DNA of 64,000 nucleotides from Styela clava (taxonomy: Eukaryota). Each line of letters begins with the position of its first letter. The first letter of the stretch is position 1. Below, one piece after another: positions 27,348 through 41,388 of the stretch. Location: positions 16,802,001-16,866,000 of the forward strand of contig NC_135259.1 of the NCBI RefSeq assembly GCF_964204865.1, read 5' to 3'. A model generated the notes under the pieces. That model was not told the DNA's origin. It saw only the letters and a list, made by a program, of their open reading frames with translations, and made no database searches. Position numbers and translations under genes: made by a program.

Positions 27348-29912
27348 ATGGAAATTGAATGTTATGCAAATGTTGAAAATATTTATGAAACCGCTCAGAC
27401 TGCTTCGAGACCACCTTCAATTCCAGAACAAGGTTTGTGTTTCGTTTTGGTAACTTAAATTCTAATTTGTAATATAATGAGAGAAAATGAAAAATATTCA
27501 AATGTCATTTTCCTTATGAAATAAGGTATTTCACAGCAATGCCGTGACAAATTTTAATTGCCCTATTTTTACGTATAATAAAAAATGAGTAATTTTTTTT
27601 ACCTCATGAAATATATATTTTTTTAAAACCCTTTCGTCCACGTTTTCTTTTCCACAGACAACAATAAAGCTACGAACAAGAAAACTATCTTTGTTGTCAC
27701 AGTATCTTTTGAAATATACTTCATTGTGTCTGTTGCTGCTTTTGTCCTCCTGATTACGCAAGTTCGTTAGTACTGGGAATTTAATTAAGTCTTATGTTTT
27801 ATATAATGAAATCAAATAAAAATATGCGTATTGTACAAAAGTTTGTTTGTTTTCTACTTCAGTAATAATCGCTTCATTTGAAATAGTCAAATTTATTTTA
27901 AGCTCCAGAACAAGATGGAACATATAACAGAAAAATTGAACAAAATGAGTGAGATTGATTCATCTCTCGCCAGCAATATAAACGACACCCAGAAACGTAT
28001 GATATATATATATTTCAGTCGAAACATGCCGATTGTATATTAAAATAAATTATTTATATAAAAACAAGTGGAAACTTTTGAACAATTGACAACGCAGTTT
28101 AATTCTTCCCTCGCAAAGATTTCAAATAAAACACAAAAAAGTAACTCAATATTATTAGTATGTTAATAACTATGCATCGCTTTTGGAAATATTGAAAACG
28201 ACAATCGAAAATCTAATTTATTTTCCGCATGCATTACTTGTATTTTAGGTTGTCAAAAACTTTCATATTCTGGGGACTGTTTCAGTTTAGTTCCGACAAA
28301 TTTTTGTTAACGTCTTCATAACGCTCTCTCAATGTTATTTTTTGTTCATAGCCTACAAATTATTGCTACGTAATTTAGTCTATCCCTTCCCCATGGTTTC
28401 TGATAATCTGTTGTTGCATCCATTTTCTGCAACCTAATCCGTGAAGATTGATAACTAAATTACTGGAGACTTATTTTTGTTCCCATGAGTGCACCAAGAA
28501 AGTTAGCTAGAGCAGAGCCTTTAAAAAGAAAAGGATTGTCAACTATTTTTTATTGAAGTTGGATCAACCGCTGTGTGTCTTGAATGCCGAAAAAGCGTTG
28601 CCGTTTAAAAATAATAAAATATAATTTAAATCTTAGTGCGTGAGATCAAAAATTTGATTAGTCACTTGATTTTATGTTTTCTAAAAAATTTCCAGCTTCT
28701 CCAAGTATAAAAATTAAGAATGAAGTGAGACAACTTGACTCCAAAATACTCACTGGAGATAACGAATTGGTGAGGTTAAGCAACAGGGACCAAATAAGTG
28801 CCTATAATTCTTTTTTCATCAATTCCAAATGCATATGAATATTATTTTTGTAATATAAACTTAAATAAAAAGAAATATTGTTGTTTATGTTGCATCTTGT
28901 TATACAGTAACAGGTACACAAAACAATATTTCAGGTTTATTTATAATTTAGTTTGATTCACAGAAAGCAAACTTGACTGAAGCAAATTTGAGGATAAACA
29001 AAATGTTTTCGATATCAGGATGGTTCAGAGCAAGCAATAATCTCATTTACAAACGATTCACTGATTCTGTCAACTACGCGACTGCAAAGGCTCAATGTGA
29101 AGGAATGGGAGCTCGTTTGGTTTCGACTGGAATTAGGAACAACAAAGTGAAAAGGTAGGTTAGTAATTTGTGTTAGGTAAGTCTAAACTCTATTTGTCGT
29201 GTACTTTTATTTAAATTTATCAGTATCTATAGGTTATTACAGTACAAAATAAATATATTTTTAGATGTTGCTGTTATTGTCGTAAAAGCCACTACGTACT
29301 TACTTTCTCTATTACTTAATAAATATTTCAAAATATTTCTCGTCAATATAGAAAGTATTTACCAGAAACTCATTTTAAATTTGTTCACAATTTTTTTGAA
29401 ATTTGATAGCTCGTTGTCTCACTACAAATTTCGCACATATTGAAACGAAACAGCGTAAGTATCCTCTTATTAACTTTGGCGAGATGAAAAAACGCTTACG
29501 TTGACACAAGTCAAAAATAATCATTCATGAATTAAAGATAAAACGTACCAATAAATTTTAACCTTTTTCATTTCTACATGTGAACTCTAATATACGAACA
29601 GAATTTGGATACAAAAATAGCTCTAAGTGTCCGTAATTAACAATTCTGCATTATCTTAGTGAAATATTCACGAAACATTACCTAACCGGAGCGTATGCAT
29701 GGATAGGACTGAACGACATCAGCAATGAAGGAATTTGGGTTTGGTCGGACGTAGTAAATGTATCGCCAAGCAAGATATGGGCACCGGCGGAACCAACCGG
29801 AGGCTTAAACGAAGACTGCGCACATATGATATTATTGAATTCCAAACTTGATGTTTACGATGGTGGCTGTACTGGTCCCCATCGATTTGTTTGCGAAAGT
29901 GACTCTGCATGA
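27348..29912 (+). CDS. G5: type II TM C-type lectin receptor, about 266 aa, EPT/VYD, Glu in TM
   Basis: Exons 27348-27432 (MEIECYANVENIYETAQ...), 27658-27761, 27903-27996, 28696-28769, 28964-29154 and 29660-29912; total 801 nt, open frame. Confidence 0.8.
28230..28620 (+). mobile_element. Degenerate hAT (Charlie/SPIN-like) 5' fragment in a G5 intron
   Basis: Sequence absent from paralogous introns. About 28540-28610 reads, with a frameshift, YFFIEVGSTAVCLECRKSVAV, resembling the N-terminal zinc-finger region of these transposases. Confidence 0.5.
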
Positions 29913-30839
29913 TTCCGCTATTCTAAGATATTGTTTGATTTAATTTTAAGATATTGTTCAATATTTCTATTCAAATTATTGTCTGTTTAAGAATATGGAA
30001 AACTTAACGCAAAAGATTGGATGTGAATTTTGGTTTAATTTTTCTAATGCTCTTTCTATTTTTTATTTATTTTATATTTGTTCTTCAAAGCTTTTCATTT
30101 CCGATTTTTTGACCATTTTATCTTACTTTCATTCTTTTCAATATCGATAGTCAAAATCCAAATTTTTCATTGCATTCTGGAAGAATTTAGTTTTAGTACA
30201 GTGCAACTATGAGTGAAATGAACCTCCAACCTATTTTTCTGAAGTATCTCGTATGTTTTAACATTCTAGAAAATATTTCAATATTGGCGAATGGTTATAA
30301 AGTTTTGCTCCTGATAATCAAAAATGATTGTATGTATTTAGCATACACGTTCAACCTGCATTTAGGTGCCTGCAACTTTTTCAACCTGCATTAATGCGCT
30401 TCAAAAAGTGGCAGACGAACCTGAAATTTCTACAATGCTACTTGAATATCCTATTTATCAAATAAAGAGATATTATTTATCATTGCTATAAAATTTATTT
30501 TCAAGACTGTAAATCACGGGTAATTTAACAATTTATCAGTTGGAAATCTTTGATCAGAGATTAAAGAAACTATGATAAATTACATTGAAGATATGTTTAC
30601 TTCAAAGACTTAATATATAAGATCCAACCCCAGGTTAGGTGCTGAAACAAATGTTTAAGGTCATTGATACACAATTGGCGCGTTTTAATTGGAATTGCAA
30701 TAGGTTGAGTTTTCGAGGGACATGTTTATTTTTTACAAGCGATGCATCGTTTAAAGTTGGTTGCGTTTTTGAGTGACATGTTTATTTTTATTTTTTACAA
30801 GCGATACATCGTTTGAAGTTGAACAATTATTGAGAAAAG

Positions 30840-32072
30840 TTCTTATTGTTTGAAATTTATGAAAAGAAGGAATTAAATTTCGTTGTTGTAGCATTTCTAT
30901 TTTTTCGATTTGTTCTTAAATTGAGAAAACATTAATTGGTATTAATCTGCAATTTATAGAATTTGATTTGGATGTCTTTTTTGCAAGCATTGCTCAGTTT
31001 AATTTACTTCATTGTTTCATTTAAAATCTTTGCAAAACGAAAATATAATTCTGTTGTCAGTTTCTCAATGATTTTACCAAAAAAAAAAAAAGTGTGAATG
31101 TTATATCACACGATTGATTTTTCCACAATTTTTATCGTCGTTTATAATGCTGGCAAGAGCTGATTTAATATTTTTTACTTTTCCCAGTTTTTCTCTCATA
31201 AGTTTTATCTCGTTCTGAAACCTAAAATAATTTTGAAAATTGCAAATACCGTAAATGAATAACAATAATTGAAAACAAACAGCCTATTATATCATATAAA
31301 AGATTGGGCAATATAGTGCATAAGGTTAATTTAATCGCAGAAAAGATAAATATATAAAATAAACGATATTAATACTAACTTTTATAATCAGAATAAATGC
31401 AGGTACAGACACTAAGAAGCAGATTTTCATTGATATCGCGAGAACAAACAAAGTTTTCATGTTTAGCTTTATTTGTTGTCTATGAAAAGAGAATATTTGT
31501 AAGACGTCAATAAACATGTCGTACAAGAAATTACATAGAATATTACTCGTGTCATACTTGGCGTGTATGAAGTATTTCAATTTTTTTGGGGTTTTGCTCA
31601 AAAATTACTCAAAAAAATATGAATTTTTTTGGGGGTGAGGCGGAGCCTAAATGCATGGTCGTACTGGCTAGAAATCTTACTCAAGTAAAACAGGTGGTTT
31701 TAGCTGGCGAACCAAAGCAGTTGAGACCTGTTATCATGTCTGCTGCTGCTTGGGAATACGAGCTTGGAAATTCATACCTTGAACGACTCATGGAATCATA
31801 ATCCATATTTTTACCCGAACAGAAGTCTTACCACTTTGATTTCTTTTTAAATACAATGTAGGACAAATGCTGTGTGCCCATTTGTGTTTACATGTCATAT
31901 CTAGATTTTCCTTTGCAATTTATCAAATGAAATTTTGCGTAAATCAAAGAAATCACAAACTTTGTTTAGGAATCGTATATATCCTAAAGCAGTCTGAGTG
32001 GTTTCATATCTATTTTGACTTTGACAGTGGTTTCATTCTGTTTTGATTTTGAAAATTTGCATGAGATTCCAT
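30840..32072 (-). pseudogene. G6: lectin pseudogene lacking both CTLD exons
   Basis: Exon 1 (ATG at 32072) has an internal duplication and a stop. TM exon 31479-31380 is frameshifted. Neck exons are present at about 31220-31127 and 30915-30850, but no CTLD exon occurs before the G5 3' flank. Confidence 0.75.
31620..31801 (+). pseudogene. MOV10/UPF1-like helicase fragment, antisense in G6 intron 1
   Basis: EAEPKCMVVLARNLTQVKQVVLAGEPKQLRPVIMSAAAWEYELGNSYLERLMES; paralogous to 8637-8822. Confidence 0.8.
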
Positions 32073-32991
32073 CTCAATAGTAAAGCTTTATAAAATGTCC
32101 TACTCCTCAAATGCGAAGTCTTGGTGCCAATAACCGTTTTATAGAGACTTAGCAGCTAACATTAAATAATCAGCTAACAGTTCACGTCGTATTATATTTC
32201 TCAACGTAATATTCCGTTTTAATATTATCAGTGGGTGGCAAAACCCTAATGGCACAAAAGAATATTTGCCCTTGGTTATATAGCCATGCAAATGTCAACT
32301 TACACCATCTATTTTTAATTTATACCTTCAGATGAATTCTCTCTCGATTATGTAAATACCAGATAAATAACACAACATCGAAGGTGGGCCTGAAAAGAAC
32401 AGAACCAGTGACAGAATATGTGACGTATTATTTCCTTAATGTTTAAATGAATACGGGTTTTAAAATAACATTGCCTTATTAATTTTGTGATTACAACTAC
32501 GAATGCATAGCGGTTTAGCATATATTTTTCACATCATATTTTTATGATTATTTTATGCAATCATTATTAAAGACTGTATGTGGGTTGACAATGTGACGCA
32601 CTTGTTATGCGAACCTCGATTGCTTCAATATACGCCAATCACCGTTCAATCACGTCGGTCATATTTTGGTCACTTCTTCTACTAGAGTCAGAGCAAGCAA
32701 ATAATGAATATTTTTTATTCTATTCTCTCCATGAGTGGTATACTGCTATACTATACTATACTTTTGATTTACATGGTTATTTAGGATCATCGAATCTATT
32801 GAAATAACCTCAAGATCCATTGCTATTTAGATCAATACAATCTCGTAGGCAAGTTGAAAATACAAAAAACTACTCGACGCTTTCCCTTTTATGACTTTGT
32901 GAGAGAGAGTCTATTACTCCTACACTCCAGTTCATGGTATTTCTATGAAATATATTAGTAGACCTGTAAACTGCCTGTAGTCAGTAAAACA

Positions 32992-33418
32992 CAGGCTTGT
33001 CTATGGGACCTATTTTTATGTCTCATTCCCATCCCATCCCATGGGATTCCCATTGGAATACAATTCAATAAAAATTGTTGAATTTAGTTTTAGCGTCTAC
33101 TAAATAGAACTACATGTACGAAGAGACATGCAAAACAACAAAAATTACGGCCTTATGTAACTTTATATTCATAACTATTATACATGTGTCCATCAGCCCC
33201 TTTCACGAAGTATATTGTTGATGCCCCATTTATTCTGCTCTTTTTACCTAACAAGAGAGCTATGCTCAAATATTAAGACACGAAGTTTATAACGAAATGT
33301 TCTACCTTCATTTCCATGAAATTCATACGGTTTTCGTGTCCCACGTGTTGCATGGAAAATACAAATGTGTTCTGTCCCATCCCATCCCATGGGAATCCCA
33401 TTCCCATGAACAAGCCTG
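32992..33418. mobile_element. Non-autonomous hAT-type MITE
   Basis: TIRs CAGGCTTGTCTATGGGA and TCCCATGAACAAGCCTG, (CCCAT)n subterminal repeats, and a perfect 8-bp TSD GTAAAACA. Empty paralogous site near 43190. Confidence 0.88.
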
Positions 33419-33949
33419 GTAAAACATGTTGTTATAAACTATAACAAATACAATCTTCCAAAATTTTTTAGCTAAAAAAATTATGCTTGTGTTGTGGCGA
33501 AATTATACCTAAATTATGAATACATTACTATCACACTATGGTCTTTATGACATAATCATTAATTAGGTTGTAAAATATCATATTCCACGAACATTTTATT
33601 TACATGGAAGTACGGCTTTGATATAATTTATTTGGAGGAAAAGACAAAATGAAAATAATTAAAGATATCAAACTGTTTGCCACTTCGTCTGAAAACATCG
33701 GGAATGGGTATATCAAGAATTGATAACTAATTATTAATTTGAATTAACAGTCGGAGTTGTATAGGACTAAATAGCAATCTGGCAGAAGTTGATTTTAATA
33801 ATTTTAATAATCTTAAATAACTTGGTATCTCGGAAATTTTCAATGATCTTACTAGCAGGAGAGTGAAATTCAAAAAATATTTTCTTGCTGTGACCTAACC
33901 AATATGATTGACGTGTATTGAAGTAATTAGGTTTTTCAAATCAAGTACG

Positions 33950-34705
33950 TCACGTAGTAAATTCGTACAGGTCTAAATATAGATATATTTTAATGTTAGA
34001 TATAAATTTAAAAAAATATTCTATACTTATTTATATTATGATATTCTTAAGGCAAGCCTTTCGAGTATCAAGGAAGTAATGTGTCACATATTCGGTAACT
34101 AGTTTTTATGGCTTACGCAAAATAGTTGTTTCGTCTCCCATGCACTTTTGACGCATTGATAACATGGATTTACAGAATCATTAATGTACCTTAAGCTATA
34201 ACTCAAAACAGTTAAAGGTTTCAGTTAGTCTGACATAGGCACAACCAAATAAATAAGACTATATATTGTTTCAAGTCATTATTATGGTTTTGTCTCCCAC
34301 TGATAATAATACCAAATCACTCAGTCAATCCGTATAGGTCTAAATGTAAATATATTATGATGCGGAATATAATGTAAGAAATCCCATTTTTTTTCTCATT
34401 TTTATCATGATATTATTAAAGCAAGCATTGGCCATTTAAAACATGTGTTAGCTTGAGTATCAAGAATGTAATGTGTCACATATTCGATAACTAGTTTTCA
34501 TGGCTTATCGCAAAATAGTTGTTTCGTCTCCCACCTTTGACGCATTTGATAATATGGTTGCACAGAATTATTATTGTACCTTGAGCCATAATTTAAAAAC
34601 AATTAAAGGTTGCAGGTAGTTTGACATATGCACGGCCCTACAACAAAAAATATTGTACAATGTCATTATAATGGTTTCGTCTCCCACTGATAATAAAACC
34701 AAATA
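33950..34705 (+). repeat. Tandem duplication (about 370-390 bp units) in the G7 upstream region
   Basis: About 33950-34316 and 34317-34705 share blocks such as GTCTAAAT, GTAATGTGTCACATATTCG, CGCAAAATAGTTGTTTCGTCTCCCA and GTCTCCCACTGATAATAA. Confidence 0.8.
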
Positions 34706-34843
34706 CCATTTTGTCGCGTGATTCGTCTTAATGTTTCTGTGTTCAGCTGACTAATTCTAATGTGATGTTGTACCCCTATAAAATGGTTATCAGAAGCAAG
34801 ACTTTGATCAGATAGGAGGAAGATCACAACATATAGCGTTGAC

Positions 34844-37686
34844 ATGGAGATGAAATATTATGCGAATGGTCAAAGTGAAAATACATATGAAACTCCTCAG
34901 ACTGCTTCAGGGCCAGTTGTGGTTCCTAAACAAGGTTTGTGTTTTATTCAATTAACTTAACCTCTATTTTGTAATATACCAATAGAAAAAGAAAAATAGA
35001 CAAGGGCATACAGGCTTGGTGAAACTTTTTCGACTGTTGGGCCATAATTTTATTCCAATTTGCCCTATTTCATTTATTTCAAGTTCGTGTAGAGTAACTC
35101 CCGTAGTATTTGTACCTGAAATTAAAGCCTAACGCTAACCTAGTGCACATACTACGTTCCGGTGCCCGCCATCTTTTTTCACATATTTCGGGAATATCAT
35201 TTTTTTACCTCATGACATCTCTTTTTTTGAAATTCGCTTTTATCCACGTTTTCTTTTTCACAGACAACAATAACACTACGAACAAGAAAACTGTATTTGT
35301 TGTCGCAATATCTTTTGGAATATGCTTTATTGTGTCTGTTGCTGCACTTATCCTGATTATGCAAGTTAGTTAGTACTGAGAATTAAATCGAGCTTATATT
35401 CTATAAAATAAAATAAAAATATGCGTATTGTACGAAATTTTTTTTTGCTTTGTATATTTGTGATAATCCAGTTTATTTGGAATATTCAAATTTATTTCAA
35501 GTTCCAGAACGAGATGAAACATATGAGAGAAAAATTGGACAAAATGAGTGAGATTGATTCATCTCTCGTCAGCAATATAAGCGACACTCAAAAGCGTAAG
35601 ATATTTTGACCTCAAGCAAAACATGCAATTGTATATTAGTATATTAGCAGTAATTAGTTTTTTTTTTCAATTTAAGAACAAATGGAAACGTTTGAAAAAT
35701 TGACAACACAGTTCAATTATTCCCTTGCGAAGATTTCGAATGAAACACAAAAGAGTAAGTTTATATTATTAATATCTTAATAACTAGGCATCGCATTTCA
35801 ATAGCTTAGAAACGACACTCAAAACGCAAGTTATTTTTGATTTCTATGGAAATTTGCTAATGGTAGGTCAATGAAGTTTCACATTTTTTTAATAACTTGA
35901 GATAGTCGAGAAGTTTGAAAAACTTAGCTACGCATTTAAATTTCTTCCTCACAAAAATTTCCAAGAAAACACTACAAAAAGAGTAAGTTCATATTTTAGA
36001 TATATAAACTTCGTATCAAGTTTTTGCTTTATCAAGTTCAACATACCGTAGTTTATCGAAGTAAAAACTATACATAATATATAAAAAAGATAAAAATGAT
36101 AAAGTAAGCTGCTAACTTGACTTCTTTAACGCCTTATAATCGAAGTAAGTTATATTAAATGTCACTAGATCCGAAAATGTGATTAGTTGCCTAATTTAAT
36201 GTTTTTGAATAAATTTTCAGCTTCTTCAAGTATAAAACATGAGTTAAAAAATATGAAGAATGGATTGAGCCAACTTGACTCCAAAATATTGATTGGAGAT
36301 AACAATTTGGTGAGTTTGATCAACAGGGACCTATTTACTTTGTCTATCTATAATTTTCTTTAGTATGAAATATAAAAGTATATGAATATTATTTTTGCAC
36401 AATAAACGTAAAAAACGAAAATATTGTTGTTTATGTTGCATCAAGTTTTACAGAAACATGTTAAAACACAATATTTCAGGATTATTTTAAACGGTGCTCC
36501 CGAAGTATGCGAACCAAGATGGCGAACATCGGAACGTAACATGGGTAACAACAGGTTAGGGTTAGGCCATAATTTTTTTCCAATTTTCCTTATTTTAGTC
36601 CTATTATCAGTTCGAAGACTAGCCAAGAGCCTCCCGTAGTATTTATACCTAAAATTATGGTCTAACCCTAACCTAGTACACATATTACATTCCGATGTCC
36701 GTCATCTTGGTTCGCATACTTCGGGAGCTCCTTTTAAGCTTAGTTTGCTTTACAGAAAGCAAACCTGAGTGAAACAAATTTGAGGATGAACAAAATGTTT
36801 TCGATATCCGGTTGGTTCAGAGCAAGCAATAATCTCATTTACAAGCGTTTCACTGATTTTGTCAACTACGCAACTGCAAAGGCTCAATGTGAAGAAATGG
36901 GAGCTCGTTTGGTTTCAACTGGAATTAGGAACAACCAAGTGAAAAAGTAAGTTAGTGACATGTGTTAGAAACGTTAACACTCTTCTTTTACTTTCAGTAC
37001 TTCCAGTTAGATCTAGCAGTATCTATAGGTTTTTACAGTAGAAATTTAATGTATTTTTAGATGTTGTTGTTAATGGCGTAAAAGCCACTATTTACCTCAC
37101 TTACTACTAGTTAACAAATATTTCTTGTCAATATGGAAATTACTTACCAAAAACTCATTTCAAATTTGTTCACTACATTTTTCCGCACTTTGTAACTTGT
37201 TTTTTTTTACCACAAATGTTGCCAATACTCAAACAAAACAGCGTGAGTTTCCACTTATTAGTTTTGGCGAGATGAAGAAACGCGTACATTGACACAATTC
37301 GAAATTAATCTTTCATGAGGATAAAACCTACGTAAAACGAAATATATTTGTTACTTTATCTCTTGCACATGTAAGCTGTAATATGTAAATATGGCTACAA
37401 ATGAAGCTTAAACTCTCAATAATTAATAAATCTGCACCTTCTTAGTGAAATATTCCCGAATCATTACCTAACTGGAGCGTATGCATGGATAGGATTGGAC
37501 GACATAAGCAAGGAAGGAATTTGGGTTTGGTCGGATGGAGGAAATGAATCAACAAGCGCAATATGGCAATCGTCACAACCAAACGGGGGCAGAAAAGAAA
37601 ACTGTGCAGTAATCGTATTGCATGGTGCTCTTGATATTGCGTGCTCTGGAGTCCAAAGATTTGTTTGCGAAAGGGAATTTGCATGA
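34844..37686 (+). CDS. G7: type II TM C-type lectin receptor, long neck, about 294 aa, QPN/ALD
   Basis: Exons 34844-34934 (MEMKYYANGQSENTYETPQ...), 35264-35364, 35502-35595, 35677-35754, 36221-36309, 36756-36946 and 37446-37686; total 885 nt, open frame. Confidence 0.83.
35040..35195. mobile_element. Partial, older copy of the MITE at 36493, in G7 intron 1
   Basis: Shares GGCCATAATTTT, CTCCCGTAGTATTT, CTAACCTAGT and CGCCATCTT-type blocks with 36493-36731. Confidence 0.65.
36493..36731. mobile_element. MITE with long TIRs (GG...CC ends, 8-bp TSD; possibly Merlin-type)
   Basis: TIRs GGTGCTCCCGAAGTATGCGAACCAAGATGGCG and CGTCATCTTGGTTCGCATACTTCGGGAGCTCC; TSD TTTTAAAC/TTTTAAGC. Empty site in G4 at about 22773-22780. 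Confidence 0.88.
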
Positions 37687-39735
37687 CGTTTTTCGTATCA
37701 TGGAATGATATTTTTAAATTTAATTCTAAATTAATTTCTGATATTGCAATTTATTTCCTGTCTGTTTATTAGTAAAGAAAAATAAACCCTTTAGATTTGA
37801 CTGACTTATAGTTTGAACATTCTACTGTTTATAATATTAATTGGTTTATAAATGCTTTTCAAATTTACTAATATTTTACAGGAGATAAATCATAATACAT
37901 ATTCGTTCATAATACAAACAGACAAGCGGCGCACAAGCTTAGATGAAAGATAAGTAGTTGGTTCTACAGAAGTCAAATCAATAACAAAAGTAATAATTCA
38001 TAAATTTCTAAATATTCATGTATGAAAATATGTAAATAATCTGTATGATAATAAATATTTACGTTATTATTTTTTTTATTTTATAGTTGTTTCTCAAAAT
38101 TACTATCTCCGACTAATGACCACGATATCATACTTTATCATATCAGAATCGACCGACAAACAGAATGGAAGCCTTTTATTGCATGTTTCACGCGTTAATT
38201 TAAACTTTTAAAGACAGAACAGAATCAAGATTCAATATTGATTTCAATCTTGAACAAACGGTTATCTGTAAAAAAATGTAATGGAGCTGCGCAACGAGTT
38301 GTCTATTTTGCATTCTACATTTCATGCTATGATGCTTTCGAAAATTGATAATTATGACTTCATGTGGTTAGTTACAAAAGGTTATGCCTCAGATGGCCAT
38401 TACGCTTACTATTTTTAATTGATTAATCTAATTCAGGCACAAAATGCACATCAAATGATATAAATATGTATATGATATATACATATATTTGTTACTTTTT
38501 TGTTCACTGCCACTGCTGATATTTTTTTTCATTTATTAACAAGTTTTAAACCTGAAAACTTTGATTAAAATTTTAGGATATTTATTGTGTAAATGTATTT
38601 TCTTCAGCAGTATAAAACCATAGCCCAAGTTGAATAAATGAGATTCAATATCTTTCCCAACTACCGCCAAACTGGCCTCTGGTCTAAAAAATTGAAAACA
38701 TCTGTAAGGATTGAATTTATAATAAATATATTCTGAGGTTGACCTGTAACACTGTAAAGTCTAATTGGTAAAACAAACTTTACTATCAGATCAAAGCTGT
38801 TTGAAATTTATCATTGCACTTAAACCAACCTTTTTCAAACATTCTGATCAAATTTTCGTAGAGTCAAAAGAGTTGATTCTTTTATTTGATGGAATTTGTA
38901 TTTTTCTCTTTGGATTTACAATTCCATCTTAGTGTTTTGTTAATTTTCGGAAGAAAGTTAAAAATTTCACAGTTATTAAATAAATTTTATTGACATCGTC
39001 TTGCTTCTAGCTTTTAAAGAGACACTAGAATACTCAGCTAAAAGATTTTCTGCTATTTCTGCATAGAGATTCCTTTTTTAACAATTTTTATTTCTGGTGT
39101 TGGATGATAATACAAAAATATTGGATGATGCTTCAAATTGAGGTAATATTTCTATTATTGGTTGAATAATAAAATTTTTGATTGTTGTTATTGCAAGGGT
39201 GTAGCATGGAGGACCAATTAAATATATTGAACGCGGCTTTTCGTCTTAAGATCATTGCCTCAAGACGGCGAAGTGTCGTTTATTTTTAATAGGCAGTGTT
39301 TCATTGGCAGGAAATGATTAATAATTAAAGTGAAATCATAGGTTTATCAATCCCATTAAAGCTGAAAAAACTGGCCAGCCACTTCCATTGCGAAGTACCT
39401 GAACATGATAATCAATAATAAAAAATCGTTAAATAGTGAGTGTTTACTAATAATTACTTACTAACTCTTCGACAAGCATTTTGTGAAGGTGGCTGATACA
39501 AAAGCCCTACCGTGCTTTTTAACAGACTTTTCGTTGTCTTAAGTCTAAGAAGGGAAATGAAAGCGAATATTTCATTGTCTACTACAATTTATATTGTTGT
39601 TGGGTTAGTAAACAATTCCGAAATACGCCAGTCATCAAGAATATTTCAACCAGCGCACTTTTGAATCCAGTCGTAGATTGTAGCATTACTTATATCTAAT
39701 CGGCATTTGCACCCATGGGTATTTGCAATCTAGGA

Positions 39736-41095
39736 CAGTGGTTCTTAAACTTTTTGAGCCGCGCCACCCTTTGAAAAATTTTACAAACTTCGCGCCTCCC
39801 CCTCTTTTTGCTTTAAAAAAAATGCTTTTGTGATGGGCAGGTTGCTATATATTAAGATGGCGCTATAAGAGTGTTGGTCTCATAGCGTCATTGCTCAGAT
39901 TGTTTAGGCATAAAACGATTCGGAGTACAACTTCGCCATTCACTGTCGTATGTATAAAGCCACATAATGGTTGGTCATCATATATTCCCGTTTTTGCAAT
40001 GCCTGGTAAACTCAAACTAATTTGCAAGTAAAACTAAACACGCAATAAACCTATGCTTTAATGTATTTTCTGCTTAAACGTTTAAATAAGACACGTAAAA
40101 TTTCAATCAATTGTTTACTTCATCACTATTGAGCGATGCCAAAATTATTTACTGTGTGTTAAAACTAAGCAACAATTACAGACTTCTTGGCTTGCCTAAC
40201 GTTTCAAACAAAATGGAGAAGTACAAATGAATTTATGTAAATTTAAAAGCAGTTCATTTTTTAATAGTAATTATGCATGTGGACGTTTCCCCGGCCCTTG
40301 ACCGTTGAAAAATAAAGTCGCTAAGGCGTTTGCGACATTTTGTTTAAATCTCGATTGTTTTCGTAAGCGTGGCGTGCTATTTGGGCCGTAAAAATCTTGA
40401 TTTCCGTGTTTATTCTCCTTAATTTTTTTTGTTCTCGAATTATTATACCACGAAAAAGCCGGTATTTCTAACGAACGCCGAGACCGTTTCAGGAGCCGTT
40501 ACATGTAAATTTCCGATTCCATCTGGTGACAATATGAATTGTGATAAACAATGTAATAATCTTTTTCATCTACATTGTGTTACTGAGGAACACAAAGGTT
40601 TGTTAAAAATCATGATGAAGATGTTGTATCAGCTACCTTCACAATCATTGAAAACGATTAACCTGTTCCATAACATCGGGTACTTTGGTATATAAATTTA
40701 TTTTCATGTAAAAGTATTTTTATTTTTCAAATACAAAAACACAAAGAGATGATAAAAATAACTCCAGAGACTACCATTTTGAAAGTTTCGAATCGTTCTT
40801 GAGTTTTTAACACAAAAGCTAAACTTCGTTGCTGCTTTCGATTGAAGTTAAAAAAAAAATTTTACCTGCCGAAAATTTGGTCAAAGATGAATAATGCACA
40901 ATGGAAGTTCAGTGATTACGTTTGTTGACCTTCAAGTTCGGTTTTAACCAACAATTTATTTTCAAATATTATGTATCTCACGCAAACACTGCCTATTCAT
41001 AGGAACGAAAATTTGCGCCTTAGCGCAAAAGCGACTCGGCGGAAACCCGCGATCGATTTACATAATAATTATGAGTGTCGTTTATATTGCTGGTT
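39736..41095 (+). mobile_element. One-ended hAT (Charlie-like) element or composite foreign DNA abutting truncated G8
   Basis: Starts CAGTGGTTCTTAAACTTTTTGAGCCGCGCCACCC where homology with the paralogous flank at about 51010-51030 stops. No matching right TIR found. Confidence 0.55.
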
Positions 41096-41388
41096 AATCT
41101 CTTTCACCTTGTCAAATTCTTCTCTCATATGTTTCATCTCGTTCTGGAGCTTTAAATAAATTTGAATATTTCAAATAAACGGATTATTATAAATATAGAA
41201 AAACAAAAAACTTTTTATTCAACTTGCGCTGATTATTTGGTTTCTGCGAGACTAACTACTTATCCTTCTTCTATGTTTTTGTGCCGGTGGATCCGTATGC
41301 ATATATTGCAAGGATGCTGTAGCAAGAGTAGAGATAACAATCCTAAGTGATTCAAGAGTCTTGCTGCACACTAACACAAATATATTTC

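Noticed and set aside
30716-30822. Short local tandem duplications (also about 1943-1970 and 17415-17454)
   Set aside because: Ordinary slippage duplications in non-coding DNA.
31586-31801. A functional helicase gene nested in the cluster
   Set aside because: Only one short segment, with catalytic residues decayed differently in each copy and no other helicase exons in the window.
36553-36673. Interstitial telomere (GGTTAGGGTTAGG / CTAACCCTAACC)
   Set aside because: Only about two units, symmetrically placed within the MITE arms.
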